Shown piece by piece: positions 1 to 12,200 of a stretch of 38,847 nucleotides of DNA. The stretch comes from Lobosporangium transversale (Eukaryota). The position numbers were made by a program, and so were the translations under genes. Each line of letters begins with the position of its first letter. The first letter of the stretch is position 1. The notes beneath the pieces are model-generated. The model was not told the DNA's origin and made no database searches. It saw only the letters and a list, made by a program, of their open reading frames with translations. Location: contig NW_019029079.1 of the NCBI RefSeq assembly GCF_002105155.1, positions 1 to 38,847 on the forward strand. The letters are read 5' to 3'.

Positions 1-651
1 CAAAGTAGTAATATCGATGCTGCTGCTGCAAAGGGGCCCAACAAGTATGCTTATACAGGCCTAAAAAAAGGTGGTGATCAAGATGAGGAAGGAGGGAGCA
101 AGCGCCCAGTCCCTGATAGACCACGCCGTGACGAAGAGATCGAGTCAACCTGGATCCAGTATATCACGCCTGAGGGCAACCAGGGCGAGAAGCAGCTCAG
201 ACACGTTCTCAAGACATTTGATCGATCACAGTACGTCCTTGTTGAGGTGGACTCGCGTGCAAGACCCCCTAAATGCAAACTATTTAGTAAAAAAGAGTTG
301 TATGAAAAGGCCAAAGCAGCCAAGCAAGCAAAGAAGACAAATGAACTTTCGACAAAGGAACTTCAACTCAATTGGGGAACAGATCCACACGATCTGGCCC
401 ACAAACTAGCCAAGTCACGAGCACATTTGGAAAAGGGTCATAGGCTCGAAATCCAGATTAATGGCAAGAGAGGCAAGAGCACTACTCAAGAGGACCGTAA
501 TGCTGTCATGGAGAGAGTCAAAATAGAATTCGAACCGGTATCGAAGTATGTGAGGCAACCTGAGTGGGTCTCTGCAACGACAGTAACCATGCTTTTACAA
601 GGCAACACTAAGAAGAACGACAAGACAAAACCGACGCAGCAACAAATGTAG
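1..651 (+). CDS. Mitochondrial translation initiation factor IF-3 (5' end outside window)
   Basis: Frame 1 is open from base 1 to TAG 649-651. It shows an IF3 N-domain-like segment (RRDEEI..WIQYITPEGNQG..YVLVEVDSRARPPKCKL) followed by an IF3 C-domain-like segment (KELQLNWGTDPHDLAHKLAKSRAHLEKGHRLEIQI). Confidence 0.85.
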   Translation, partial: QSSNIDAAAAKGPNKYAYTGLKKGGDQDEEGGSKRPVPDRPRRDEEIESTWIQYITPEGNQGEKQLRHVLKTFDRSQYVLVEVDSRARPPKCKLFSKKELYEKAKAAKQAKKTNELSTKELQLNWGTDPHDLAHKLAKSRAHLEKGHRLEIQINGKRGKSTTQEDRNAVMERVKIEFEPVSKYVRQPEWVSATTVTMLLQGNTKKNDKTKPTQQQM

Positions 652-766
652 AGTCTTGTATACATATTTTTAAAATACAATATAACAAGATAAAATAAAA
701 AAAATAGAACTGGAGAAAACCAGTGCCTTTTATTATATTATCAAGCTGTTGCTGTTGCCGTGTGTT

Positions 767-3700
767 TTATGGCTCAAAAAACCTTTCCACGAACCCTGGA
801 CGCTCTACTGGTGGAGAACCTATGATCATTAAAGGAGTTTCATCTTCAATTGTATCCTCCTCGCTCTCGTTCACTACTAGCCTGTGCCCTAGCATTCGAC
901 TCTCGCGAATCCGGCGATTGACACTTCTGTACTTTGGGTTCTCTATCTGGGTCTTGTAGTACCGCAATGCGTCGTCAAGAGGGAGATGGTCGGTCAGGTT
1001 GCGGCGCTGCATAACAGAGAGACAGTGTTTTGAGTCCATATGAAGATCTAAAATATTGGGGTTTCCTGCTCCGGGCGAGAATCCGATGCGCAGAGAATAC
1101 TCCGGAGACGAACTGGGGAAGTGTTGATTTTCATCATGGAGAGACGATCCAGTCATTAACCTCGACCCATTACCCGGCATAACAGGGCTACTCCTTTCGT
1201 ACAATTCGAATGTGATTTGTGTCAAGTCTATTTTGGAATACATCTTTATGTGAGTACGATAATTCATCTTGTAGGAAAATAAAGTGAAGCAATTGACCTG
1301 TATCTTTCTACTTACAATCCAACTCTGGGATCTTGCTCTTGCTAAGGCGCGTTGGGATCCCCGACAAATAGACAATGTTGAGTAAGGTATGGACATGGGA
1401 CTCTAAAATAAAAATAAAAAATAAAATAATGTAAAAACACCTAACATCAGTATATGACTTGGTTTGATATGCCAAGCTAATTTGGCGGTGTATTACCTTT
1501 TGTAAAGTAAAGGCGCGTGCATGGCGCCGCATCTGGACGTTTGCATGACTCCAGGTCTTCAACAATTTGTTTGATCAGTGGCATACTAGTCAGTAGCCCA
1601 ATTTCGAGACGATCTTCCTCGCTGATGCCATACTCCAGTGGAGCCACAAAGTCGAAGAGGATCTTGGCTTTGGAGTAAAGGTCCTTGAGAGGTCCCATAC
1701 CACTATCTGACTCTGAATCGATAAAAATTTTCTCTAGGAAGGTCCGGTTGTGCAGTGCATCATATTTTAATGAATCATACAGGTCCGATACCTTCGATGG
1801 ATCAAAGTCATCACGATCTCCATCCGCAAATTCGCCAAAGATCTTTTCCCAACGCTCATAAAACAGTGATGGATCTTCATAGCAGCACCACGATCTTTGA
1901 ATAGAATCGATATCTAAGATCTTGAAATTCCTCCGCATGATCTCTCGAAGTTTCCTCATAGTCACAATGATATCTTGCACAATTTCTCCTGGATCTGTCG
2001 CACCCTTTGGCCATATCTTTGCAATCTTATCTGCATTGTCGGGCTGCAGCAGGTCGTGAAGCTCCTTCTTGACGATATCAGTCTTTTCCTTCGCAGCATT
2101 GCTGTCATCGAGCATCTCTTTTCGAATTAAAAGCATATCTTTTGGAACCTCTCTAATATCAAGGAATCGCTGCGTGAACAACTCAGCAGTAGCACGGACC
2201 CGACGCTCTGAAGAAGTGAAGATCTTGACATCGTCCAAGACTTGCTTGTTCATGATCTGTAGATCTTTGCGGAGATTGTCACCCAAATCTCTGGATTGAT
2301 ACTTAGCAGCATGTGTGAACTAGAAAATGGAAAAAAAGATAGAAGCAAAAACTGTCAATGCACCATGACTACCTCGGAAAGAAAGATATAGCACATGTTT
2401 GTTCTAACAACGCTTTTACCCACCTCCCCTCCCCATTTGACAATAATCTGTAGCTTGACTGACTTGGAGTTGCCTTCTTCATCTTTGGTAATAGTGGGCT
2501 TGACTTGAACTTTGGTGCCTGGTAAATTTGACTTCTTGTCAAGGATATTCTTGAGCAGCATCAACCTACTACTGTCCTCAAGCCCTTCTTCCATTGCCTG
2601 CTCGGCTGCTGCACAGACCAGCTTCAGGTCCTTTGCATTCCGAATGATCACTTCTTCACCTCCACCGTTCAAAAGCTCCCGGAATGGCGCTGAACTGAAT
2701 GTGAACTTCATCTTTTGCTTTGGCGTCCTATCAGCGTGTCTGAAGACAGAAACGAATGCCTTCAGCCGCCACGAATTTTCAGCACTGAGTTCTCTGGGGA
2801 AGACAACTTCGGACAGCTTGCGTTGACGTGCATTACGCAAAAAAACGTCCTGAAGGATTCTAGCGCAATTATTGTAATAGTAATTGTTGCCTTTGACAAA
2901 CGACCATCCGTTGACGTCAATAACATAGGATTTGCCAGACACACGCAAAAGATCGAATCCGCAGACACGTTGTCCAAAGACCTTGCAGATGCTTGCAGCC
3001 ATTGATTTCTCCTCAGGCGTGAGCTGGGCGACATAGCGAATCTCTCTCCCATCAGTATTCCTACGAACATGCCCATCTACCACAGGAGATCTGTAGAGTC
3101 GTTAGTTGGATGGCATGCTCTGATTAACTTCCCGACAACATAAAGTTTTATTTTAAAAATAAACTTACTTTCTAGTCTCTGCATACACAAACTGGTCGCC
3201 AATAGTATAGACTTTGATATCCTCAGCATTGTCAACATCCAAAAACTCCTCATAGATATATGATCCGTCTATTCTAGGCGTATTGAGATCTGGGTCAAAC
3301 TCACTCGATTTGTTGGCGACCTTGATTAATACCGTATGAAAAATGAGACGGCAAATGTTAGAAAGTGTCCTTATGACCATTTAATGCTCTTCACAGTGTA
3401 ACGTATTCAGTTTGCTAGCTATATTACCTTGCGGAAGAGGCGTCTCCCTCCTCCTCCAGCTGAAGAATGATAGTAAACATGAATGTTATGATCTTCACCA
3501 GAGACAGGCTTCTCTACGAAGGGCTTTGTCATGATCTGATCCCCGATCTGTATTGTATCTTGATCAATGATCTTGAACTCTGGCTTTGATCGAGTGCTCG
3601 GAACACTTACGCCTCTTAGTTTCAATTTTTGCAAAACTCTCTCATCCAACGCAGGCCCGCCATCGCGATCCATCGTTAGCCGCTTAGGTGTTTGTACACC

Positions 3701-4181
3701 GATCTGGTCCATAATTTCGAGCACAAGCCTGCGGTCCCAAAGAACTGTTTGCATGTCAACCTCGTTTACACAAAATGGTGTTCTGAGTTTAACATATTCT
3801 ATAGACTTGCGGAGTGGAAAGCCTTTTGAAAAAAACGAAATAAAGAAGTCGCATGCTGGCCATGCTTTGACATCTATATCGGAAAGCGAGAAAACATTTA
3901 GAGACAACTCTTTTTTCTTTCTGGCCATGCTTATCCTATCAAGTCCATTCCCATGTTTTGGACCTATCACATCTGATTCTGCACGCTCAGACCCATACAA
4001 TTCTCATAATCGTTGAGTAACATACCTTCATCAAGGATACATTTGTCGCCGAAGATTATAGCCTCGAAGGGTCCACTGTTTAGCAGACGGTCCAGAATGT
4101 TACGCATGGGCTTTGAACGAGCTTTGTCATCCATTGCACATACACCAATGATGTCTACAATTTCATTCCGCCATCCCATTC

Positions 4182-4213
<32 letters not shown>

Positions 4214-4452
4214 GAAAAGAATCTCCTAAAAAAAAAAAAGAAAAAAAAAGACAGCAAATGTGCAATGCAATTACATTTCTTTCGTGGATGAAATGCACTT
4301 GGAGGGGAAATTGGTGTAAGCGAGCCAAATGAGCTTGGACTGAATGAAGGGATTTCAGTTTCGCCATCGCTGCTGAGCTGAGCTGCTATGGAGCGACCAA
4401 AGGACCTAGGGAGTGTAAACCCGTTAGTTATGGGAATGGGCTGTCCTTCCAT
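767..4452 (-). CDS. VIP1: Inositol hexakisphosphate / diphosphoinositol-pentakisphosphate kinase (PPIP5K, Vip1/Asp1), 8 exons, ~980 aa
   Basis: Exons traced by hand: 4452-4275, 4154-4026, 3873-3428, 3320-3169, 3090-2424, 2319-1497, 1402-1316, 1227-767. All introns are GT..AG and the exons total 2943 nt in frame. Motifs: [57 protein letters not shown] (ATP-grasp kinase); [10 protein letters not shown] and YFTKESH (histidine acid phosphatase-like domain). Confidence 0.96.
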
Positions 4453-5194
4453 TCTATGCTTTCACGAAGCTGAAGTAGAAAATGATTCGATGGTGTAAAT
4501 AAGACAAGTAGTAAAGAAAAGACTAGAGTGGAGACAAGGAGGAACGAGGACAATCAGCAAGCAAGCAAGTAAAATGCAAGGAAGACGAGCTCTCTTTTTA
4601 TGCTTGTCCCTGAGAAAACGAATGAGAGGGCATGATTCTTCCTGGTCGCTACCAAAGATTATGCAACTATAAATTGCAGAGAAACATTGATGAGATCTGC
4701 TGCTGCAAGATGGAGGCTGGTGCCACCTTTGTATGCACCACTGCGATTCAAGCACTGCCCCTATTTTATGCTTTATGTCACTATAAGACTATCTAATAGT
4801 ATCGAATGTGTGGCAAAGGATGTATATTGGTCGCTAGTCGACCAGGCGGTTGACTGTTGGATATGGCAAATCTATATTTTTGATGCTTTTCCAGGAGTTT
4901 GGATTGAGTCAGCAGTTGAGGTTGTTGTAGTACCATGTGTTGCACAAGGCTCACAGCATGCACAGCGTCCTTGGAATGAATAGAAAAAAACGCGACGAAA
5001 CTTACTGATCGTGAAGCACCATCTCGAGTTTCTTTGGATGCGTTTCAATATGGTAGGACAGAAAGATGTTTCAGTTTTTTTTTTACATGTTCGAGCCAAG
5101 CCGCAGTAAATGGATAACACAAATTTCACTCTTCATTTGCACCACACACTCTCTCCTTCTCACCCTTTACTAGTAACAATAAGACAATAACAAT

Positions 5195-6112
5195 ATGCTA
5201 TTAACAATGGCTGCAGAAAAGAAGTCACCGGCACGGACAGAGCTTCTCAAAATCATCAAGAAATATCAGAAGCGAGGTAAAAGGGCTAAAAAATCAATTT
5301 TAGGCATTTAAGGCCTATCTCGTTGCTAATATAGGCCTTTTTTTGGGTTCTTTTGGGATAGCCATGGCCCTTGGTCTACGATTTCACACGACACTACCAT
5401 CACTACCAATGCCGCCATCTTCAAGTGATAAAATGTCACCCAAAACAGCAAAGATTGCCACCAGTGAAAAAGCAAACGCAGAATATGTTCTGACTACCTC
5501 ACCAATCTCGGATATCTCTTCGACACGCATGTCATCTAAGTCTGTTTCAACTTCAGTTATGCCACTTTGGCTTCTGCAGGATGCGTTTGCTGACCTTACT
5601 GTTCAACTTGAGCGAGATCCAGAGTTAATACACATGATTACGGCTGAAGATCTCGCTCAGTTGAAGACTTGCTACCAAGCCTTGCTCACGGCAGCCTACT
5701 ATAGCCTTTACATGGCTACGAAAATGTCTTGTAGCTCTGAAGAGAGTTCATGGATAGGTGCAGGTTTAGGCGCAATAAGGACTGGGACTGGGGCTGGGGC
5801 TGGGGTAGGCACAAGAAACAACACATTCATAGAGCGGAATTGGGCTAACGGACGGCTCTACTATGAAGGTATCAAAAAAAAAAAAAAAAAAAAAAAAGAC
5901 TATTCATGGCCATGCACACTAAAAACGAATGATTCAAAATTCATGACCTATGCTTCCATGATTAATTAAATTTAGCGCACTACATCTTCCGACAAGGACT
6001 TGATGAGATAGGGGCGTTTCTGAAAGGAGAACCGAGTACAACGAAGCTTTACATGTCTCTAGAGCAATCTTTCAAGGATTTTAAAGTCGAGAGCGATGCC
6101 CATATTAGATAA
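5195..6112 (+). CDS. Hypothetical protein, 3 exons, ~250 aa
   Basis: ATG at 5195. Exons 5195-5276, 5335-5868 and 5976-6112 are joined by GT..AG introns into 753 nt in frame ending at TAA. It has a hydrophobic N-terminal stretch (GLFLGSFGIAMALGL) and lies divergent from VIP1. No family recognised. Confidence 0.65.
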
Positions 6113-8135
6113 CTGTAATACTTGGCTGGAATGAAAAAAAGGCTTGTACCGATTAACGAGAAGCCCTAATTACTATGGAAACTCTTTATATTTACAAGTC
6201 TTAAAGGAATAGGCTTTTTGGCCTTGTAGCTTTCAAGAGCATACCCATATATTCAGAAGGCAAACAACCTTTTTTTAAATGCAAATTATTAATTTGACTA
6301 CCCCAAATGGCCACAAAATCCAAGACTTATCTGGTTTATCTGGTTAAGGCCACACTCGGTGTTCCATCTACCGGAGTGGACTGTGGCAAGAAAACCCTTT
6401 TTTTTATTTATCTTAATTTTTTTATTTTAAGACTAACGGATAACCACATGGGAAAGGGAAGTGTAGCTTCATGCTTGTTATAAACAACTTTTTGCTGCAT
6501 CCTTATCCAGCAGCTGTTTTGTGATCAAAGTATAGTACCTAATGCCGTGGTATTGCTCCTACCAAAGACCTAATATAGCCGCATAGGCTGTCTTTGCTGG
6601 CCTGTCTACAACCTCATTTCCGACATACCCTGCATGGCTATACACCCATTTTGCTCTAACTTCTTCTTGTGCTTTTTAAGCTTGATCCACTATTGTCCAT
6701 CATTATACACTAGCTGAGTACTGCCTTAGCCGACTTATTAATGTCTGTCGTTGCTGAATCAACGCCCTTGGACTGATCTTCATCTATGAATACATCGGCC
6801 ACTGTAACTCAAGGCTGTTGAGAGTCGTCGCGAGCACACAACAGAGTTTGGCGCGCGCTGGTGATACTTTCATGCTGATCGTCAATAGATAGTGTCTCCT
6901 AAGTCTTGGTCCTGAATGGGCATAGTCACTACAGATACGTCACTGATCATGCTTGTGTGTGGCAGGTAGTGAAGATAAACGATGATATTATTAAGGTATA
7001 GTTAAGAGTGATGTTTATAGGCTGAATGCTACTATAATGTGATACTGTGTTCACATTGATCATAGCCGTCTGGGCGAAGCTGAATGCTCTACTAGTATAG
7101 ATATCCTTGCGTCACTTATCACCCCTACCGCCTTTGTTAGCTGCCTTCATCCTTCAATCCTAGCTCGTCCCTTTTGCTCGCATAGCTGCATTTCTTTCAC
7201 GGACACTTTTACTGCCATTTATCGTCTTAACATCTTTTGAAGCGCCCTCGATGTCCGCTGTTGCTTTACAACCCCTTCTTTGCCACATTCAAGCTCTGCT
7301 CGTTCAGCCTCGGCCCCTAGTTCGCCCACCAATTGATGATGTAGACTATACCGATTCGCAACGCGTTGTTTTACAAATGGTCTTCGATGCTGCGCACGCT
7401 GTTGTAATATATTTTTGACCCTTATATAGTGGCCATAGTCAAATGGTCAAGCTTTAAAATATCTTTGCAGTCCAGCGAGAAATTGTTAGGGCCATAATGG
7501 TACGGCCTACTTGGTCCACTTGGTTCAATATCACCGTTCAACCTCTCTGGATAAACTTGGCCAGAATAAGCAATGGCCAACCTTGTTCTTCAGGAGCTCT
7601 CTGCATTACTTGTTTTCTATGTTCTTTGGAAATGTTATCACTAATGGAAGCCTGCCTCCAGATGGCTCCGCCAATATCCTTCCGGTGAACCTTGGCGCTT
7701 CATGTCAGTGGATCATTTGTATTTCTCTGTTTATACCTTTTTTTTTTTTTTTGATAACGAGAACCCACAAGGCCATGTAGAGTTTGTTATGATGTCAGCT
7801 CTGCAAATGGTGTGCCCCATTGCTGGGATGGCAGATAAAGCGGTATCTAATAATCGACCGAAGCCGCAACTTTGTACTGCTACAGTAACAGTACGACATC
7901 TTGTTCATAAACCACGTCAGCATTGAGTAGACTTCCTTGGTGCTCTGGAGATCTGCGGCATGGCTCTACCCTACTTAACCTGCTGTGTATGAAGGTCACC
8001 CTTTAGCCGCAGTCCTCAATTATCAAAGATTTACAACTTCCAGGCGCTCTATCACCGCCAATTCCACCTGCTGTCGGCAGCTTGCCGCCATCTGCTGATC
8101 TGCATCGTCTTCACGCCTGCTGCTCATTGTTATCC

Positions 8136-8950
8136 TTAGTGAAAGCCAAAGAATTCATCTCTGCTACGTCTGTGGCTTCTAATGCAGTCGCGTCCCCTGG
8201 CGTGTTTGCTCGCAGAGGTGATGGCATTGTCTCTTTCCCAGTTGACGGTGACTTTGCAGCGTCTGTTCCAGATTTCAGTCCTGCCGAGTTCCTCGATTGA
8301 CTTGACAAAGCGGCAAACAATGTACCTTGAGATCGATGCTGTGGTTCTGAAGATCGTCTTCCATTTTTGTATCAGCTCCTTCGGCACCAAACCGTGGTAC
8401 AAGTCTTGGACAGTCCAGTGGGCATCCTCACCCTCGTTCCTCCGCCCCATATCCACATCTTCCTCACCAAACAGAGCGCTTGCATGTCGAATCTCTCTGA
8501 CGCCCTTGAACATCGCTTCCAAAGAGCCCCAAATCACGTTGTCGGCTACAGGTGTAAACGAGGGACCTCCTTTATTCAGGTTTGGCTCCTGTGTTTTCCC
8601 TTGTTTGTCTTCCCAGAGCTTCTTCTCCTTCACTAATGCTCTTTTGCCATCCTTCGTGATGAGTTCTATGGCCTGCTTCCAACCTTTCAATTGCTCGTCC
8701 AGTGTCATGGGACATTGCCAGAGGTGTTCTATGTCCTCCTGCTCCTGTTCACACATCCTGCAGATGTCAGTCTCATACAGGTCCGGTCACCACTGCCTCA
8801 TATAAGTGAGTGTAGGAAGCATACCATGGACCTTCTTTATTCTGTGCGCTCTCTTGTGACAATCTGCTGGGCTGGTGAAGAGGCCTCTAGGCGTGTTGCC
8901 ATCGTGAAGAATATGCAGGCTTGCTTTCCATTCTACTTCTCGCCAGTCTG
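8136..8950 (-). pseudogene. LINE ORF2 C-terminal segment with CCHC zinc-binding motif
   Basis: Removing 8951-9277 plus one TSD restores ...NYIAD-WREVEWKASL in frame. There is one in-frame TGA at 8789-8787, then PDLYETDICRMCEQEQEDIEHLWQC and IWNRRC. Confidence 0.85.
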
Positions 8951-9277
8951 TGTTGTATATTTCAATATACAAGATAATAACGGCCCAGCTATAAGGTTAA
9001 GAAAAATACTAAAAACACACTAGGAACACACTAGGGGAATTCCCAAAATTAATACGCTAAGAAAAATATAATAATAATAATAACGCGTCACTAGAGACGC
9101 GACAAAACACGACATGGTTCCTGAATAATCCCATGTCGCTTCTAGATAGATATGTAGTTACTTGGTACGAGTCTCTCTACCAGAAAATGAATAAATACCC
9201 CATGGATGTGGTGTGTGGACCCACATCTTATTCTCACTTATCTTAGCTTCTGATAACTACTGTCTAAATATTTTTCA
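8951..9277 (-). mobile_element. Solo LTR (family A, 327 bp) inserted in LINE ORF2
   Basis: TG...CA termini with a perfect 5-bp TSD GTCTG (8946-8950, 9278-9282). Homologous, in reverse complement, to 15860-16139 and 24760-24967. Strand is given relative to those copies. Confidence 0.88.
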
Positions 9278-12200
9278 GTCTGCAATATAATTCCTGACTC
9301 TGTTCTGAGACGCCCACAAGTAATGTGTTCTCACTGCTGATTGGAGTTTTAGCAGGTGTCTAAGATCATCCTCCACCACCTCGTTCTCGAAAATAGCGTG
9401 GCAGCGCAGATCGTTGTGTTCCAGTCCTTTGATTGTCCACATTTCGCTAAAATGAGCATCTTTGGCGGCTTGGTCTGCCCTTATATTGCCTCTATTCCCA
9501 GCATGGCCCTTGACCCATTTCACAGTTACCTTCCCGCCCTGCTTAAAGAGCGCTCTCGAAATAGCTGCCCACCACACTGCGTACTTGGATCGCAATCGCT
9601 GCCGTTCAGTGCTTGCTTCTCGCTTTTGAGCAAGGTCCTTGAACTGAACCACTACCGCCATGTTGTCTATGTAGACAGTCGTTGGAACGTTACGGGGACT
9701 GACTAGAATGGCTGCGTACAGTCCTACTAGCTCTGCCTTGGTGGATGAAGCATACCCATCGACTCTACCTGAAACTACATTTGAGAAGCTTTCTGGGCCT
9801 ATCTGAGCCACCACCCCGAAAGCCATCCGCGCCGCCCTTCTTCCTGCCTCTTCAAGGGACCCATCGGAGTAAAGTGTTAGCTGACTCATCGTTGATAGTT
9901 TCTCTCTTTGACGCAGTATATTGTCCATGTCAACCTGTGGGATCTCTACACCTAGGCACTCAGAGGAGCCAAACCACCGATGATGACCCTCTGGGATTTT
10001 ATTATTCCTTGTTCTTGAGGAGTCCATCTCTTCTTGCGCTTTCGTCCTGAGCCTCCTATCGAGAGCTTGTTCGTCGAGTTCATGGCGTCCACGTATCTTG
10101 TTTCGCTCTTGTGCTCTACGTCTTGCTCGGTTGAAAGCCGCTCGTCGTCGCTGTTCTCTTCTTCCTTGTTCATCGAGCCTTTGAAACCTAGCCTGTAACC
10201 GTAGGCGTTCTTGACGGCGAGCTCTTTCGATAGCCTTCGAGTGTGCGGCTTCTTGCTTGGCTTGCACCCACTGTTCACGTCGCCACACTCTCCTCCTCTC
10301 CGCCTCTTCTTTTTTCCTCTCTTGCTCTATTTTTCTTAGCAACCATTGCTCCCTCTTCCCTCTTTCCAAACGGTCGCGAAATTGTAACATTTTCCTTCCT
10401 TGAGGATCTTTCCACAGCCTATGCCTCTCGTTAGCTTCGCGCTCTTTTTCTCTCAAACGCTCTCTTTTTTCAAAATTTTCTCGCAAGTATTCTTTTTGGA
10501 GTTCGCGATCAGACTCAGTGTATCCTTCATACTCCTGCATACCCTCTTGTATGTAACACTGTGCTCTTCTTTCTCTTTCCTCCCGCTGTTCTACACTTAG
10601 GGGATCAAGTGGCTCTCTGGGGTCTTCCACGTCACTGAGGTAACTTATATATCCAACTTCATCATCCTCATCACCCTCAGTGGGCTGCCCCTCCAACATA
10701 TTGTCTTCTGTGAGTAGTTCATCTGCTCTCTCATTGTTTTCAGCCTCATTTAGCTGTTGGAGCTCCCTTAAATCTCTCTCTTCCTCTTCGTCTAGTCTCT
10801 GAAGAATGTTCTTTTTGTCTCTACACCATACTTCGATAAAGTTGTGTGTGTAAAGGGACTCATGAAGGGCATTTTGAACATTGTGGAACCATGCTGGAGA
10901 TGCCTTTGGGTCTCTCCTTTTCGTACGTACCTCATTCCAGGATTTGAGTGACGAATCCTCGTCTAGAGTTTGCTCAGCATAATATATTCCTCTTGCTGCT
11001 AATTCCCGCACAGGCTGGTCATCCACAATGCCATGAAGCATGTCTGCTATATTGAGAGCATTTCCAGGGAGCCCAAAATCGTTTGCTAGTTGCAAGTCAA
11101 ACTTCACTTGTCGATCGGCCATTAGTTTACAGACGCTTGATGCGAAGTTGTGTTTGTATGCTTTTATTTTGTGTGGCTCTGCAGTTGGGAGCTTGCTCGT
11201 CCTAAGGCGCTTCTGGAGGGCAATGAGACGTGCTCTACAGATACGTCCCATCAACCCATTGTCATTTAGGCGTAGGAACAGGATTGATATCTGCTCCTCT
11301 GTCTGTGCGTCTTCTAAGTTTTTAATTGCATAGAATCTAGGGTGATGCATTATGCTGTTGGGTGTGGTTGACGGCATACGTGCTTTGCTCTTACATAGCT
11401 TCATATACTTACCTGTCATTCGTCTCACAAAAGAAGGGGGAAGTATCTGTGCCGAAATCCTATAAAGCACCTTGGGTATGAGGACGTTATTGATGAGATA
11501 TGCTGTCTGTTTGTCGGTTACTGCTTTTGAGGAGAGAATACTACACATTGACGTGACTTCTCTTTCTACAATGTTCTCTGTTGTCTTCACCGACCCTCTG
11601 GCTGTTACCCAGACACCTAGTATCCGGACAGGGTCATCTTTGCCCAGCGGGCGGATTTCTTCTGCCGGTGTACCAAAATGGAGATTATTGTTATTGTTGA
11701 GCTTGCTGTTTAGTGTTAGCACCTGCGTCTTTTTCGCATTGATTTCGACCCCGTTAAGAACAAAAAAGGACGTGGCGACATCTAGTATATCCTGTACATG
11801 TTGCTTGGAGTCAGATATCCATGTCGTGTCGTCCACAAAAGCCAGACATGCGAGCTGAGGTGTATCTGGAGGGCCCTCTATTCTGTATCCCTTCATGTGG
11901 TCCATAACTTCACATAGTAGTGGATCATAAGCTATTCGCCAGAGTAAAGGGCACTCTACGCCTCCTTGATCCAGACCGCATTCTGGGCGGTACTCTTTCG
12001 TAAGCCCGTATTCTGTAATAACTCTATTGACCTTGGTAACAGCGATGTTCTCACACAACCTGATAAATGCCTCTGGAACTCGTAAGCGACGTAGCCCTCT
12101 GGACAACATACCATCGGAAGCACAATTGACCGAATCAAAACACCTTTTCATATCTTGGAACACTATCCATTGCTCCTTGCGAAACTCTCTAGCATCTTCC

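Noticed and set aside
2069..4291. Plus-strand ORFs overlapping VIP1 (similarly the ORFs antisense to LINE ORF2 and to Ty3 RT/IN)
   Set aside because: Antisense shadows of well-supported genes with no independent features.
6400..8100. Short ORFs and coding-like composition between the hypothetical gene and the LINE 3' end
   Set aside because: No motif, repeat boundary or poly(A)/TSD could be identified. Probably decayed sequence.
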